From Candidatus Heimdallarchaeota archaeon (lineage in GTDB: Archaea; Asgardarchaeota; Heimdallarchaeia; JABLTI01): a DNA stretch of 32,000 bases. Location of the stretch: positions 30,001 to 62,000 of the forward strand of contig JAUWKS010000001.1 of assembly GCA_030614005.1 (NCBI GenBank). The letters are read 5' to 3'. Positions 1 to 10,179 of this stretch are shown here, piece by piece; the stretch's first letter is position 1; every line of letters begins with the position of its first letter. Both the position numbers and the translations under genes were made by a program. A model generated the notes under the pieces. The model made no database searches, was not told the DNA's origin, and was given only the letters and a program-made list of their open reading frames with translations.

Positions 1-349
1 GTATTTTTTCATAAGAATAGATCATCCCCTTAGTCGGATGGAGAATGAAACCAATATTTTGAAAAGTATTCTTTTTCGGAGTAGTAGCCAGAATCGAACT
101 AGCAATATTAATATTATATTCTTCACAAATTTTCCCAAGGAATTTCAAAGTTTGACTTGAATCAATTGCTTCTGCTAAACTTGAAAATTGACTATAAGCA
201 AATCCAGTGCTGAATAATTCAGGTAAAACAACTAAGTCTATTTCTGAACGGTAATTTTTTGCTATCGCATTTTTTACTCTCTGAAGATTCTCCTCTTTCT
301 TTGCAGGAGAGATTTCCATTTGATATATTGCAACAGTAAGTTCTTTCAT
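1..349 (-). CDS. Carbon-nitrogen hydrolase (nitrilase/omega-amidase family), partial, runs off the window start
   Basis: Manual translation from ATG at 349: MKELTVAIYQMEISPAKKEENLQRV...IDLVVLPELFSTGFAY, with the LPE catalytic-Glu motif. GAGG SD upstream; 18 bp downstream of xth. Not in the supplied ORF track. Confidence 0.88.
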   Translation of the reverse strand, partial: MKELTVAIYQMEISPAKKEENLQRVKNAIAKNYRSEIDLVVLPELFSTGFAYSQFSSLAEAIDSSQTLKFLGKICEEYNINIASSILATTPKKNTFQNIGFILHPTKGMIYSYEKI

Positions 350-367
350 AGTTTTTTCCTCATGCAA

Positions 368-1162
368 TTAGATTTTCAATTTCAGACCAACAGGGCAATG
401 ATCTGAACCAGTGACATCTGGTAAAATATACGCATCAATAATTCTATCTTTTAAATCTTCAGTTACAAAGAAATAATCTAATCTCCAACCTATATTCCTC
501 TCTCGAGCGTTTGTACGAACTGACCACCACGAATACTGTTCTGGTGCATCTTTGTGGATGTATCGAAAACTATCAATGTACCCCATTTCGACTACTTTAT
601 CGAGCCATTCTCTTTCCATAGGTAAGAAGCCAGATATTTTTTCATTTGCTTTTGGTCTTGAAAGATCGATAGGCTTATGAGCGGTGTTCACATCTCCACA
701 GAAAATAACTGATTTCCCTTCTTCTCTTTTCTTTTCGGTAAAACTTAGGAAGGCGTCATAGAAATCCATCTTATATTTTAGCCTCTCACTATTCTTTTTC
801 CCATTTGGAAAATAAACATTGCAAATTACAATATTGGAATGTTCTATAGCAACAATTCTTCCTTCTTTATCCAATCGTTCTACGCCTATTTTATGTTCTA
901 TGGTTGTTGGCTTTTCTTTCGAATAGGTTACTACTCCACTATACCCTTTCTTTTCAGCAGAACTCCAATGGCTCTGAAATCCCGGAGGATTGATCATTTC
1001 TTCGGTAACTTGTTCTGGATTAGCTTTTGTTTCTTGGAGACATAGAATATCAGGTGAAGTTTTATCTAACCAAGATAAAAAATTATTATCCTTATAGATT
1101 GTTTTTTTTGAGACAGCTCTAATACCATTAACATTCCATGAAAGCAATTCCAATGTTTTCAT
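368..1162 (-). CDS. xth: Exodeoxyribonuclease III / AP endonuclease
   Basis: SWNVNGIRA, LCLQETK, NVYFPNG, GDVNTAH, GWRLDYF and GSDHCP motifs. Confidence 0.97.
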   Translation of the reverse strand: MKTLELLSWNVNGIRAVSKKTIYKDNNFLSWLDKTSPDILCLQETKANPEQVTEEMINPPGFQSHWSSAEKKGYSGVVTYSKEKPTTIEHKIGVERLDKEGRIVAIEHSNIVICNVYFPNGKKNSERLKYKMDFYDAFLSFTEKKREEGKSVIFCGDVNTAHKPIDLSRPKANEKISGFLPMEREWLDKVVEMGYIDSFRYIHKDAPEQYSWWSVRTNARERNIGWRLDYFFVTEDLKDRIIDAYILPDVTGSDHCPVGLKLKI

Positions 1163-1311
1163 ACAGACACTTCATATTCAATTTTGAACTGCTCATTAAT
1201 ATATCAATCAAATATAAAAATAAAATTGAGTTTTCAGTTGTGGTTACTAATCTTTGAGTAACAATACATTATCTTTTTAAGCTATATCCTCTACCGTAAA
1301 TTGGTGATTAT

Positions 1312-1671
1312 TTGACTAGACGTAGACGAACAAGAAGATATCATAGCATATACCAGATTGCAGAAGTCCTTGCTATTATCGCAGGAATCGTAGGTATCAT
1401 TATTGCTGTTCTCGGATTATTGAGTAGCGCACTTGGTGAATCATGGTTTTGGGATGGCACCTTCAGTTTCCTATCTGGTGTTCTCAATGTAATTTTAGCT
1501 ATAGTTTTTTCCGCATTAGTGCTACTTATTGGATTAGGAACGATATTCTGGGATATCAGAGGATTGGTTATTGGAATTATAGTGATCATTCTATCTATAT
1601 TCATGCCTGGTATTGCTTTAATCCTCGGAATTGTTTCGGGTGTACTTTTTATCGTAGCGGATATCGCTTGA
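1312..1671 (+). CDS. Small integral membrane protein (about 4 TM), unknown function
   Basis: TTG start after GGTGA SD; Arg-rich N-terminus then hydrophobic helices; followed by a T-tract. Confidence 0.7.
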   Translation: MTRRRRTRRYHSIYQIAEVLAIIAGIVGIIIAVLGLLSSALGESWFWDGTFSFLSGVLNVILAIVFSALVLLIGLGTIFWDIRGLVIGIIVIILSIFMPGIALILGIVSGVLFIVADIA

Positions 1672-1687
1672 AGAATATTGAAGAAGA

Positions 1688-1713
1688 TTTTTCTTTTTCA
1701 TTTTTTTCTTTTT
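1688..1713 (+). terminator. Oligo-T archaeal-type terminator
   Basis: tttttctttttcatttttttcttttt shortly after the stop at 1671. Confidence 0.55.
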
Positions 1714-1742
1714 CAGTCCTCGAAATGAATAATATAACAAAC

Positions 1743-1768
1743 TTTATAATAAGTTTGGATAACCTAAC
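1743..1768 (+). promoter_or_regulatory. TATA box plus DtxR/MntR-like operator upstream of feoB
   Basis: TTTATAAT (1743-1750) followed by the imperfect palindrome GTTTGGATAACCTAAC (1753-1768, 12/16 self-complementary), resembling the TTAGGTTAGCCTAA iron box. Confidence 0.55.
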
Positions 1769-1816
1769 AATATCAACAGTATAACATTCAAAATCCAAAG
1801 GAGATAAGCAAAATAG

Positions 1817-3799
1817 ATGGCAAGAATAGCTCTCATTGGAAATCCAAATGTTGGTAAAAGTGTAATTTTTAATGAGCTAACAGGATTAAATCAAACAATA
1901 GCCAATTTTCCAGGGTGCACTGTAGAGAAAAAAGAAGGTGAACTTTCACATGAAGATCAGATAATCGAAGTAATTGATTTACCTGGGATTTATTCTTTAT
2001 CAACACATTCCATCGATGAGCAAATATCTCGAGAGTATATTATTAATGATGATCCAGATTTGGTCGTCGTAGTTCTAGATGCATCTAATCTTGAAAGAAA
2101 TCTGTATCTCACGGTCCAATTAATGGAATTAAACACTCATCTGTTAATTGTTCTAAATATGATGGACTTAGCTCAAGGAAAAGGTATCAATATTGATGCC
2201 AATCGTTTATCAAAAAATCTTGGTATACCCGTCATCGAAACGATTGCTTCTAAAGGAATAGGATTAGATGAGCTTAAAGGGAAAATTTGTGAGTGTCTTA
2301 CTTCACCCAATCTTGCAAAACCATTAGTTTGGAATAAAAAAACAGGCGAAAATATTGAGAAGATTCTGAAATCAATTAGCCCCTATACATCAAGAATTGA
2401 AAAAAAATATCCACTTGAGTGGGTAGCCACTTCATTACTTGAAGAAGATGATTATGTTTGGGAGCTGATAGAAAACATTGGTGTCTCAAGAGAGGAATTA
2501 GGACCAAAAATAACGAAATTAATAGAAGAAAATTTCGATGGTGATGCAATAGTTCCTTTGGTTGATGCAAGGTATGAAATAGTTAATTCTTATATGACTG
2601 ATGTCCAGCAAAAATACACCGGACGTCGATGGGCACTTAGTGATATGCTCGATGAAGTCTTAACCAATAGATTTCTTGGTATTCCAATATTCCTAACTAT
2701 TATGTGGGGTATGTTTCAGCTAACTTTTACTGTTGGAGCTCCACTTGTTGGTTTAATTGAATTGGGTTTTGACAAATTAGGTGTTCTTGTCTATTATCTT
2801 TCCAATTTACTAGATGGTGCAGGGGATGGTTTTAATCCAATTAGTGATTTCATTGTAGGAGCAGTAATTAATGGTGTAGGTTCAGTTCTATCATTTCTTC
2901 CTTTCATTGTGATACTCTTTATTGCTATGGCAATATTAGAAGACACGGGATATCTATCTCGAGTTGCTTACTTAATGGATAAACCCATGAGTAGAATAGG
3001 ATTACAGGGTCAGTCCATTATTCCAATGCTTTTAGGTTTTGGTTGCAATGTCCCAGCGATTATGGCGACTCGTGCAATAAGAAACGACAAAGATAGAAAA
3101 ACAACAATATTAGTGAACAGTTTTATGCCCTGTTCAGCAAGATTACCAGTTTATATTTTCATTGCTGGGGCAATTTTTCCGACATTTGCAGGACTGGTGA
3201 CTTTAGGTCTCTATATTTTGGGCATACTTGTTGGAATATTATTTTCATGGATTTTTAGAAAAACGTTGTTTAGAGGAGAAAAATCAGATTTAATTATTGA
3301 ACTTCAACCATTTACTAGACCAACACCCAAGAGCGTATTCATAAAAATGTGGAATCAGACTAAAGAATTCTTAAAAAAAGCAAGCACAATTATTCTTGTA
3401 TCCCTTATGATAATTTATCTTCTAAATCAAGCAGGCATAATGACGTATCTCGGAAGAGGTGTTTCATTGCTATTTTGGTGGATGAAAACAAGCGATGGTT
3501 CACCAATTGGTTGGGAATATGGTGCTGCTTTGTTATCTGGTTTAGTAGCAAAGGAAGTAGTTATTGGTACTTTGGGTACTTTGGTAGGATCATCTCTTGA
3601 ATTATTAGGTCCCGCTGCAGGTTTGGGTTTTCTAGTATTTATAGCCCTCTATGTTCCATGTATCGCTACATTAGCAGTAATAAAACAAGAAACAAAAAGT
3701 TGGAAGTGGATGCTGTTTTCGCTTATGTTTACAATAATTGTTGCATACGTTTTTTCAGCTATTTTCTATTTCATAGTTCATGCAATTGTAAGTGTGTAG
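1817..3799 (+). CDS. feoB: Ferrous iron transport protein B
   Basis: G1 GNPNVGKS, G2 NFPGCT, G3 DLPG, G4 NMMD; gate motifs GFGCNVPA, PCSARLP, LYVPCIAT; polytopic membrane domain. Confidence 0.97.
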   Translation: MARIALIGNPNVGKSVIFNELTGLNQTIANFPGCTVEKKEGELSHEDQIIEVIDLPGIYSLSTHSIDEQISREYIINDDPDLVVVVLDASNLERNLYLTVQLMELNTHLLIVLNMMDLAQGKGINIDANRLSKNLGIPVIETIASKGIGLDELKGKICECLTSPNLAKPLVWNKKTGENIEKILKSISPYTSRIEKKYPLEWVATSLLEEDDYVWELIENIGVSREELGPKITKLIEENFDGDAIVPLVDARYEIVNSYMTDVQQKYTGRRWALSDMLDEVLTNRFLGIPIFLTIMWGMFQLTFTVGAPLVGLIELGFDKLGVLVYYLSNLLDGAGDGFNPISDFIVGAVINGVGSVLSFLPFIVILFIAMAILEDTGYLSRVAYLMDKPMSRIGLQGQSIIPMLLGFGCNVPAIMATRAIRNDKDRKTTILVNSFMPCSARLPVYIFIAGAIFPTFAGLVTLGLYILGILVGILFSWIFRKTLFRGEKSDLIIELQPFTRPTPKSVFIKMWNQTKEFLKKASTIILVSLMIIYLLNQAGIMTYLGRGVSLLFWWMKTSDGSPIGWEYGAALLSGLVAKEVVIGTLGTLVGSSLELLGPAAGLGFLVFIALYVPCIATLAVIKQETKSWKWMLFSLMFTIIVAYVFSAIFYFIVHAIVSV

Positions 3800-3812
3800 G
3801 AGGTAAAGAAAA

Positions 3813-4607
3813 ATGAATGAGAACGAAACCAATAATTACAAAATAATCAAAGACATTCCTGCTTCAGAATTAGAAGCTCATCCTGAACTTACACATGAGA
3901 TTAAGAAAAAAGAATCACGATTATCAAAATACATGAGAGAACGTCGTAGATCACAAATTCCAGTAAGACATATTTGGTTACTCAATCTTCCAATTGTTAC
4001 AAATATAATTCTTGTATTCTCCATTATTCTTGGATTACTGTTTCTCTATTTTGGAGTGATGGGTGCATTGACAATTGTTGGATTTACAGAACAAAATGTT
4101 TGGGTGATTTATGATGTCATGTGGATTTTCGGATGGGAAGGAAATGCTATCACAGGTTTTGTACTTATAATCATTGGAGTAATTATGCTTTGGTCTGTTC
4201 CCCATTATTTTCAAAATAACGTACAAAAAGCTGACTCATATCTTGTCATTAGTTCTGGTTTAGGAGTACTGTTTGCTATTATTTATATTTTTGTTATCCT
4301 CGCTGATCTCCTCTCTTGGTTAGTGGACTTTCTAACTACAAATGTAGTGAATCCACCAGATACCTATTTCTATTATCCTGTACTTTTGGGTTTGATAGCA
4401 GCTCCACTTTTCCGAGCATTATCTGTGAGGCATATTGTTTTGCCTCCTTCAGAGAAGCAACCCGAAGACTACAGTACTCAACATTTTAAAAAAGAGATGA
4501 AAAATTGGCGAGATAGTTACAAAAGAAAGCATTTGGGAGATAACTATGGAAGAAGAAATAAAAAAGGAAAACATCGACATCACAGACGGAGGAAAAGGTG
4601 GGAATAA
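3813..4607 (+). CDS. Membrane protein (about 4 TM) of unknown function in the feo operon
   Basis: GGAGG SD, 13 bp after feoB; hydrophobic core; His/Arg/Lys-rich tail; stop overlaps the feoC start (TAATG). Confidence 0.8.
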   Translation: MNENETNNYKIIKDIPASELEAHPELTHEIKKKESRLSKYMRERRRSQIPVRHIWLLNLPIVTNIILVFSIILGLLFLYFGVMGALTIVGFTEQNVWVIYDVMWIFGWEGNAITGFVLIIIGVIMLWSVPHYFQNNVQKADSYLVISSGLGVLFAIIYIFVILADLLSWLVDFLTTNVVNPPDTYFYYPVLLGLIAAPLFRALSVRHIVLPPSEKQPEDYSTQHFKKEMKNWRDSYKRKHLGDNYGRRNKKGKHRHHRRRKRWE

Positions 4608-4864
4608 TGCTTTCAAGGGTACTAAACTATTTGAAAAAAGGTGGAGATGCAAATATCTCAACCATGTCAAGAAAACTGGATATTGAAAAAGGAACTATCG
4701 TTATGCTTCTTGATCAACTCGTTAAAAGAGGATATTTAGAAGAAGTTACTCCGATTATTGAGTTGACAGACAACTGCACACCAATGAAGTGTTCAGGATG
4801 TGCTAAAGCATCCAGTTGTGGTCCTTTATTAACTGCTAAATACAAATTAATAAAGATGAAATGA
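4607..4864 (+). CDS. feoC: FeoC-like winged-helix protein with Cys cluster
   Basis: wHTH-like MSRKLDIEKGTIVMLLDQLVKRGYL plus C-x4-C-x2-C-x5-C; ATG at 4607 is coupled to the upstream stop. Confidence 0.8.
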   Translation: MLSRVLNYLKKGGDANISTMSRKLDIEKGTIVMLLDQLVKRGYLEEVTPIIELTDNCTPMKCSGCAKASSCGPLLTAKYKLIKMK

Positions 4865-4897
4865 GCCTCAAAAATTTTTTTCTAAAACATCTAGAGC

Positions 4898-6355
4898 CTA
4901 TTTTCCAATTGCTTCTTTGCCTGTAAAGGACAAGTCATCTGTGGAAAACAATTCTCCTTCAGCATTGTAATCTGAACCGGTAAGTCCTTTTCTCGAGGAG
5001 TAAATCATCCCTAGTACCATTACAATTGTCAAGAAAATTGCTGCTGCAAGAATGATGAACTTTGGTGCGACATAAGCTGCAATAAGTGAAACAATTCCCA
5101 TACCAGTTAGTCTAGCAATTCCTTGAAGGAGTTGTTGGGCTCCAAATACTCGACCTTGTTTTTCAAATGGTATCTGCTCTTGAATTAATGTTGGAGCAGG
5201 GATATTTATACAAACAATTCCTATGCCAAACAACATTAAAATAATAACCATCAACCATACAATCCTAGTGAATGCAAATAAGAATAATACACCAGTTAGA
5301 CCCGCAAGAGCCATATTTAGCATCAATATTTTTCTGTTTATCTTACCAATACGCATCAATATCAAAGCAGTTATTATTCCTGATAAGCCCATACCAGCTT
5401 GTAGATATCCATACCAAGATTCATCTAAGCCCATCTCTCCTTGTAAAACAACAATAAAGAGTACATTAAATGTTGCAAAAGAGAAAATTGCAGAAGCAAA
5501 TATAACCAACATATAAGCTATTTTTGGTGTTTGTTTTATTGTTCTGTAACCAATGGCAATATCATCTATAAGACTCTTAATCTGTCTGCTAAATCCTACC
5601 GCTTTCTCAGGTCTCTCAACTTTCGGAGTTTTTGTCCCGAAAACCAGTAGTAATATAATCATTGTAAGCGAAAATGCAAAAGTCGAAGCATCAAATATGA
5701 AGCTACCTAAATAGCTTACACTTGCAATAATTCCTGCAAGAACAAACCCAACAATTGTTGCAATTTGGTAAACAGTTGCACCAATAGAATTTGCTACTAG
5801 GAGATTTTTCTTCTTAACAACTAATCTTGTATAGGCATTCCTTGCGGGGAAAAAGAATGCACCAGCTGTTGAATTAATAAATGTCAAAATAAACAAGGGC
5901 CATAAAACGTGAATATAATTGAAAACGTGCAATTCGGTGATAAACCCATACGAATATTCTAAATGATAAATTTCCTCAACAATCAAATAATTTCTAAGTA
6001 AATAAATTACAACGAATCCAAGGGAAGCGAACATGCTGATGAGATTAGACATTAACATAATTTTTCTTTGATCAAATCTATCCGTGTAAACTCCAGCTAA
6101 AGGAGTAAAGAGAACATAAGGTAACCAAAATGTTATCGATAGCAAACCCATCAAAGTTACGCTTCCAGTAGAAGCGAAAATGTAGAACTGTAATGCTAAC
6201 CAGGCAACTGATGCACCAATATTCTGTGCAAATTGGGCTGTAAAAAGCAAAACATATGATCCGTTTTTCAAAACTTCAATTATAGAGGCAGGTTCAGTTC
6301 CATTCTGGATATTAACATCACTGATAGTATCTGTTCCTTTCTCTGAAGCTTCCAA
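4898..6355 (-). CDS. MFS transporter (DHA3/macrolide-efflux-like)
   Basis: About 12 TM; motif A-like AGVYTDRFDQRKIM; QEQIPFEKQGRVFG repeat motif. TTG start uncertain. Confidence 0.9.
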   Translation of the reverse strand: MEASEKGTDTISDVNIQNGTEPASIIEVLKNGSYVLLFTAQFAQNIGASVAWLALQFYIFASTGSVTLMGLLSITFWLPYVLFTPLAGVYTDRFDQRKIMLMSNLISMFASLGFVVIYLLRNYLIVEEIYHLEYSYGFITELHVFNYIHVLWPLFILTFINSTAGAFFFPARNAYTRLVVKKKNLLVANSIGATVYQIATIVGFVLAGIIASVSYLGSFIFDASTFAFSLTMIILLLVFGTKTPKVERPEKAVGFSRQIKSLIDDIAIGYRTIKQTPKIAYMLVIFASAIFSFATFNVLFIVVLQGEMGLDESWYGYLQAGMGLSGIITALILMRIGKINRKILMLNMALAGLTGVLFLFAFTRIVWLMVIILMLFGIGIVCINIPAPTLIQEQIPFEKQGRVFGAQQLLQGIARLTGMGIVSLIAAYVAPKFIILAAAIFLTIVMVLGMIYSSRKGLTGSDYNAEGELFSTDDLSFTGKEAIGK

Positions 6356-6469
6356 AATAAATTCACCAATAGAATTAATACGAAGTGTATTTTGGATGTT
6401 AAAAAATGTTCTTTTAGCTACTACCTTGAATAGTCAAAAGAACAAAAATAAATTGCATGCGCTATTTAC

Positions 6470-7828
6470 TTATTTTTTGATTGCTATTTTTGACTGAAAC
6501 TCAGAATATATCTGAGAATATTCTTTTTGCCAATTAGTTATTCCATCAGGTGAAGCAGGATATTTGGTTGTCATTTGATGAACTTTTTCAATGTAATTTG
6601 GCAAGAGATTAAATCGCTGATTTGGTAGTTGCGACCAAATTTGTCCCAGCTTTCTCGAGAGGTGCATCAATTGTTCATACTCTCGAGCATAGAATATTTT
6701 ATCCATTGGTAAATATCCTTCCGCTAATGCATGATTTAGTTCAACATCAGGAATGTTTTGCAATAATATACGATAGAAATCTAAAATACTGTATCGCTGG
6801 CAATATTTCTCTAGAATTTTCTGATTATAAATCCAAAGACCTTCCTCAGAAACAGTTTGGTCAGGAACTACTTTTGCGGCTATTTTTCCAGCAATATATC
6901 CAGAAGCCAAAGATGCTCCAAGTCCTCCACCGTGCAATGGATTTACAATTGCTCCTGCATCTCCAGTTAGAATAATATTATCTTTAACATGAGTGGGTAT
7001 TGGATGTCTCGTAGGAACAAATCCTCCTCCGGAATTTAGTACTGTACTTGATTGGAATCTGCTTATCATATTTGCTTGATAGATTTCTTTGGGAGATAAG
7101 TTTTTTATCCAAGTTTTAGGAATACCCGTCCCCATATTGTATTCATTTCCACCTCTACTGAAAAACCACATATAGCCCCCTTTTGTTATATCATAACTAA
7201 ATTCGAAGATAGCGCTATCAGAATATTTTTCTGGTACATTCCCTTCAAGGGTGCAAATTTCACGATAACAGTAATACTGTTCGTCATCTTTCACTTTGGC
7301 ATATTCATCGAAAATACCAAAATCTTCTCTTATTTTTGAATTGAAACCTGAGCCATCTATAAGTAATGGCGCCGATAAAACCAATGGTTCTGCTTTATTT
7401 GTAGTAAATTTTGCTTCAACAGTATTTCCTTTCTGCTCTATTGAGTTCAGCGTTGATTTATCAAACAATGTTATTTGATCATTTATTGTTTCGTTAAGAA
7501 GAACTTGACCGAATTTGTGACGATCAATTATTGCTAATTGTCCTTGAATTGGAATTGAGAAATCAGTTTTGCTATCTGGGGATATGATATGAGCATTTTG
7601 AATTACATTTCTAACTACTTCATTTTCTCTTAGAGGATAACCGAGACTTTCTAAAAATTCAATATGTTTTATTCCAATGCCGTCTCCACATATTTTGCTC
7701 CCAATTTGACCCTTCGTTTTTCTATCTACTAAAGCTATTTTTCCTAAACCTTCTTTTGCTGCGGAATAAGCAGCAAGACAACCTGCAGTACCTGCACCCA
7801 CAATAATAACATCATATGAAGCGTTCAC
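6470..7828 (-). CDS. Geranylgeranyl reductase family FAD-dependent oxidoreductase (DGGGPL reductase-like)
   Basis: YDVIIVGAGTAG, KICGDG, GGYMWFF, LTGDAGAIVNPLHGGG motifs. GTG at 7828 after GGTGG SD preferred over the track start at 7900. Confidence 0.9.
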   Translation of the reverse strand: MNASYDVIIVGAGTAGCLAAYSAAKEGLGKIALVDRKTKGQIGSKICGDGIGIKHIEFLESLGYPLRENEVVRNVIQNAHIISPDSKTDFSIPIQGQLAIIDRHKFGQVLLNETINDQITLFDKSTLNSIEQKGNTVEAKFTTNKAEPLVLSAPLLIDGSGFNSKIREDFGIFDEYAKVKDDEQYYCYREICTLEGNVPEKYSDSAIFEFSYDITKGGYMWFFSRGGNEYNMGTGIPKTWIKNLSPKEIYQANMISRFQSSTVLNSGGGFVPTRHPIPTHVKDNIILTGDAGAIVNPLHGGGLGASLASGYIAGKIAAKVVPDQTVSEEGLWIYNQKILEKYCQRYSILDFYRILLQNIPDVELNHALAEGYLPMDKIFYAREYEQLMHLSRKLGQIWSQLPNQRFNLLPNYIEKVHQMTTKYPASPDGITNWQKEYSQIYSEFQSKIAIKK

Positions 7829-7995
7829 CTGTAAATCCACCAATAATTTCTGCTTAGCATGTATGTCAACTATTGAAATAAAAATTTTACTTAATATCAT
7901 TTAGCTAGTAAGATTTTATTATAACTCTTATATGATATATTTTTAAGAACAAAGATAAAAGTAAGTAATGTTATCTTAATATGAGGTGTTCACAA

Positions 7996-8484
7996 ATGAA
8001 AAAATTGGTAGTTTATTATTCATTTGAAGGTGGTACCAAAATTATTGGCGATGCTATTGCAGAAGAAATCGGAGCAGATATTTTAGAACTAAAGTTGATG
8101 AGAGAAGTTAAGAAAAAAGAGTACATGAAAACATATCTCGGACCCAAGCAAGTACTAATGAAAACGGCTCCTATTTTGAAACCCTACAAGTTCAAACCAC
8201 AAGATTATGATCTAATAATTATTGGTACACCGATTTGGGCAGGAACATTCGCACCTGCAATTCGAACGTTTTTCACATTAGATAAATTTAATGATAAAAT
8301 GTTTGGATTATATTATTGTTTTGCAGTTCAAACCGGTTTAATATCGAAGCATCTAAGAAAGGAATTAAAGAACAATATCATTTTAGATGAAATTGGTTTC
8401 AAGAACCCATTAGAAACTTATGCTGATAAGGGAATTGAAAGAGCTAAGAAATGGGCTAAGAACTTATTAAATAACATTCAATAA
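7996..8484 (+). CDS. Flavodoxin (Flavodoxin_4-like)
   Basis: VYYSFEGGT FMN loop and IIGTPIWAG; ATG at 7996 after GAGGTG SD. Confidence 0.88.
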   Translation: MKKLVVYYSFEGGTKIIGDAIAEEIGADILELKLMREVKKKEYMKTYLGPKQVLMKTAPILKPYKFKPQDYDLIIIGTPIWAGTFAPAIRTFFTLDKFNDKMFGLYYCFAVQTGLISKHLRKELKNNIILDEIGFKNPLETYADKGIERAKKWAKNLLNNIQ

Positions 8485-8583
8485 ACATTTAAACGTTAAA
8501 ATTGGTTTGAGTGCTGTTAGAATCGGATTGAATATATTAATCAAATTCCAGTTTGAAAGGCAGTATACTATTGGTGGAAATAT

Positions 8584-9930
8584 ATGAGCAATTCAGAGTC
8601 AAAACATGATGGTAAAAAAAACCAGATGAATGATAAGAAAGAAGAGACTCGAAAAATTATCAAATACAAAGTTGATACTTCAGGAAAATTATTTTCGTTT
8701 ATTTCATCTCCAAAAATTCCATGTGTCTATCGATTTTGGGCTACTTTGAAGGATTATGTTAATGTCATAGATTTACAAAAAGCAGTAGACAATATAATGA
8801 AACGTTTTCCTTATTATCATGTTACACTCAAGAAGGGGTTTTCTTGGTTTTATTGGCAAAGAACTACTAAAAAAGTACATGTTTCAATGGAAAGAGAATA
8901 TCCTTGTCAATATATACCAATCCGTGAGCCAAATACTATACCATTTCGAGTGATCGCTAAGAATAATCAAATAATCATTGAATTTAATCATAGTTTGACT
9001 GATGGCTCTGGCGCATTGATATTTTTAAAATCACTAATTGCAGAATATTATCACATCCGGGGATTACTTTTAACAGAATGGGAAGGCATTTTTAGAGTGG
9101 ATCAACAACCAAAAGAAGAAGAAACAGAATATTCCATTCGCAAACACTTTCGATTAGGAATACCAAAAGTAGGTAAATCTTTGAGGGCTTTCCATCTTCC
9201 ATTCCACAGGATAAATCATGGTATATTCATTGTTACCAATGGAAAAATGAATGTTAAAGATGTTCTAAAAGTCTCTAAAAAATTCGGTGTAACCCTTACT
9301 GAATTTATTGCTGCAATTTACATTGATGTTCTACAAGACATCCTTCTCAGTTTACCACCAAAGCAACAAAAGAGGCTTAAACGCCCTATTCGTATTATGG
9401 TACCAATCAATATTCGTAATCACTTACCTTCTAAGACAATGTGGAATTTTACCGCTTTTGTTGTCCCAGGAATTGATCCACGATTAGGTGACTTTACTTT
9501 TCAAGAAATAATTGACCAAGTCCATCATTACAAAAATTTACAAGTAAATAAGAAATTCATTGTGCAACAGATATCTTCGTATATGGCTATAGAAGGAAAT
9601 ATAGGACTTATATCTCCACGATTCATCAAAAAATGGTTTATTAGACCAATATATCGCAACATAGGTGAAAATATTTTTTCAGCTTTTATGACAAATCTGG
9701 GTGTAACCTCACTTCCTTCGCCATTAAGTAATGAAGTAAAGGATATTCAACTTCTTCCAATGAATCATCCATACGTAAAATCAAGTTGTTCATTATTGAC
9801 TTACAACAACGAACTCAACATTAATTTTGGTCGCTGCATAGAGGAAAGTATAGTTGAAGATAAATTCTTTGCAAAATTACAAGAATTTGGGATCAAAGTT
9901 AAAATTACAAAAATGAATGAGGAAAATTAA
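8584..9930 (+). CDS. Alcohol acetyltransferase / condensation-domain (CoA-dependent acyltransferase) family protein
   Basis: HxxxD motif (NHSLTDGSG), PINIR and TNLG motifs. Confidence 0.8.
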   Translation: MSNSESKHDGKKNQMNDKKEETRKIIKYKVDTSGKLFSFISSPKIPCVYRFWATLKDYVNVIDLQKAVDNIMKRFPYYHVTLKKGFSWFYWQRTTKKVHVSMEREYPCQYIPIREPNTIPFRVIAKNNQIIIEFNHSLTDGSGALIFLKSLIAEYYHIRGLLLTEWEGIFRVDQQPKEEETEYSIRKHFRLGIPKVGKSLRAFHLPFHRINHGIFIVTNGKMNVKDVLKVSKKFGVTLTEFIAAIYIDVLQDILLSLPPKQQKRLKRPIRIMVPINIRNHLPSKTMWNFTAFVVPGIDPRLGDFTFQEIIDQVHHYKNLQVNKKFIVQQISSYMAIEGNIGLISPRFIKKWFIRPIYRNIGENIFSAFMTNLGVTSLPSPLSNEVKDIQLLPMNHPYVKSSCSLLTYNNELNINFGRCIEESIVEDKFFAKLQEFGIKVKITKMNEEN

Positions 9931-10025
9931 TCCTCATGAACAATTTCTCCTATACTTTTGAGAACAGCAACTGATTTTTCATCTGTGAGAATTTTAGGTG
10001 TTGTATCAACCAATTTTTCAGGCAT
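9927..10025 (-). CDS. Possible 32-aa small protein or gene remnant
   Basis: Manual translation MPEKLVDTTPKILTDEKSVAVLKSIGEIVHED*; its stop shares the TTAA at 9927-9930 with the convergent acyltransferase stop. Confidence 0.3.
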   Translation of the reverse strand: MPEKLVDTTPKILTDEKSVAVLKSIGEIVHED

Positions 10026-10040
10026 TTCTTGAAAAATAAT

Positions 10041-10058
10041 AATCAATTTAAATTGATT
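10041..10058. promoter_or_regulatory. Perfect 18-bp palindrome AATCAATTTAAATTGATT upstream of top6B
   Basis: AATCAATTT and AAATTGATT are exact reverse complements; function not established. Confidence 0.4.
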
Positions 10059-10179
10059 TTACTGGTTTAAATTTATAACGCAAGTGGTATTTTATACCAA
10101 ATACTCTATCCATCTTACAAAAAATTATAATGCTAAAAGAATGATAAAACATTAGAGCGCATTAATTGAGTGATAGCAA

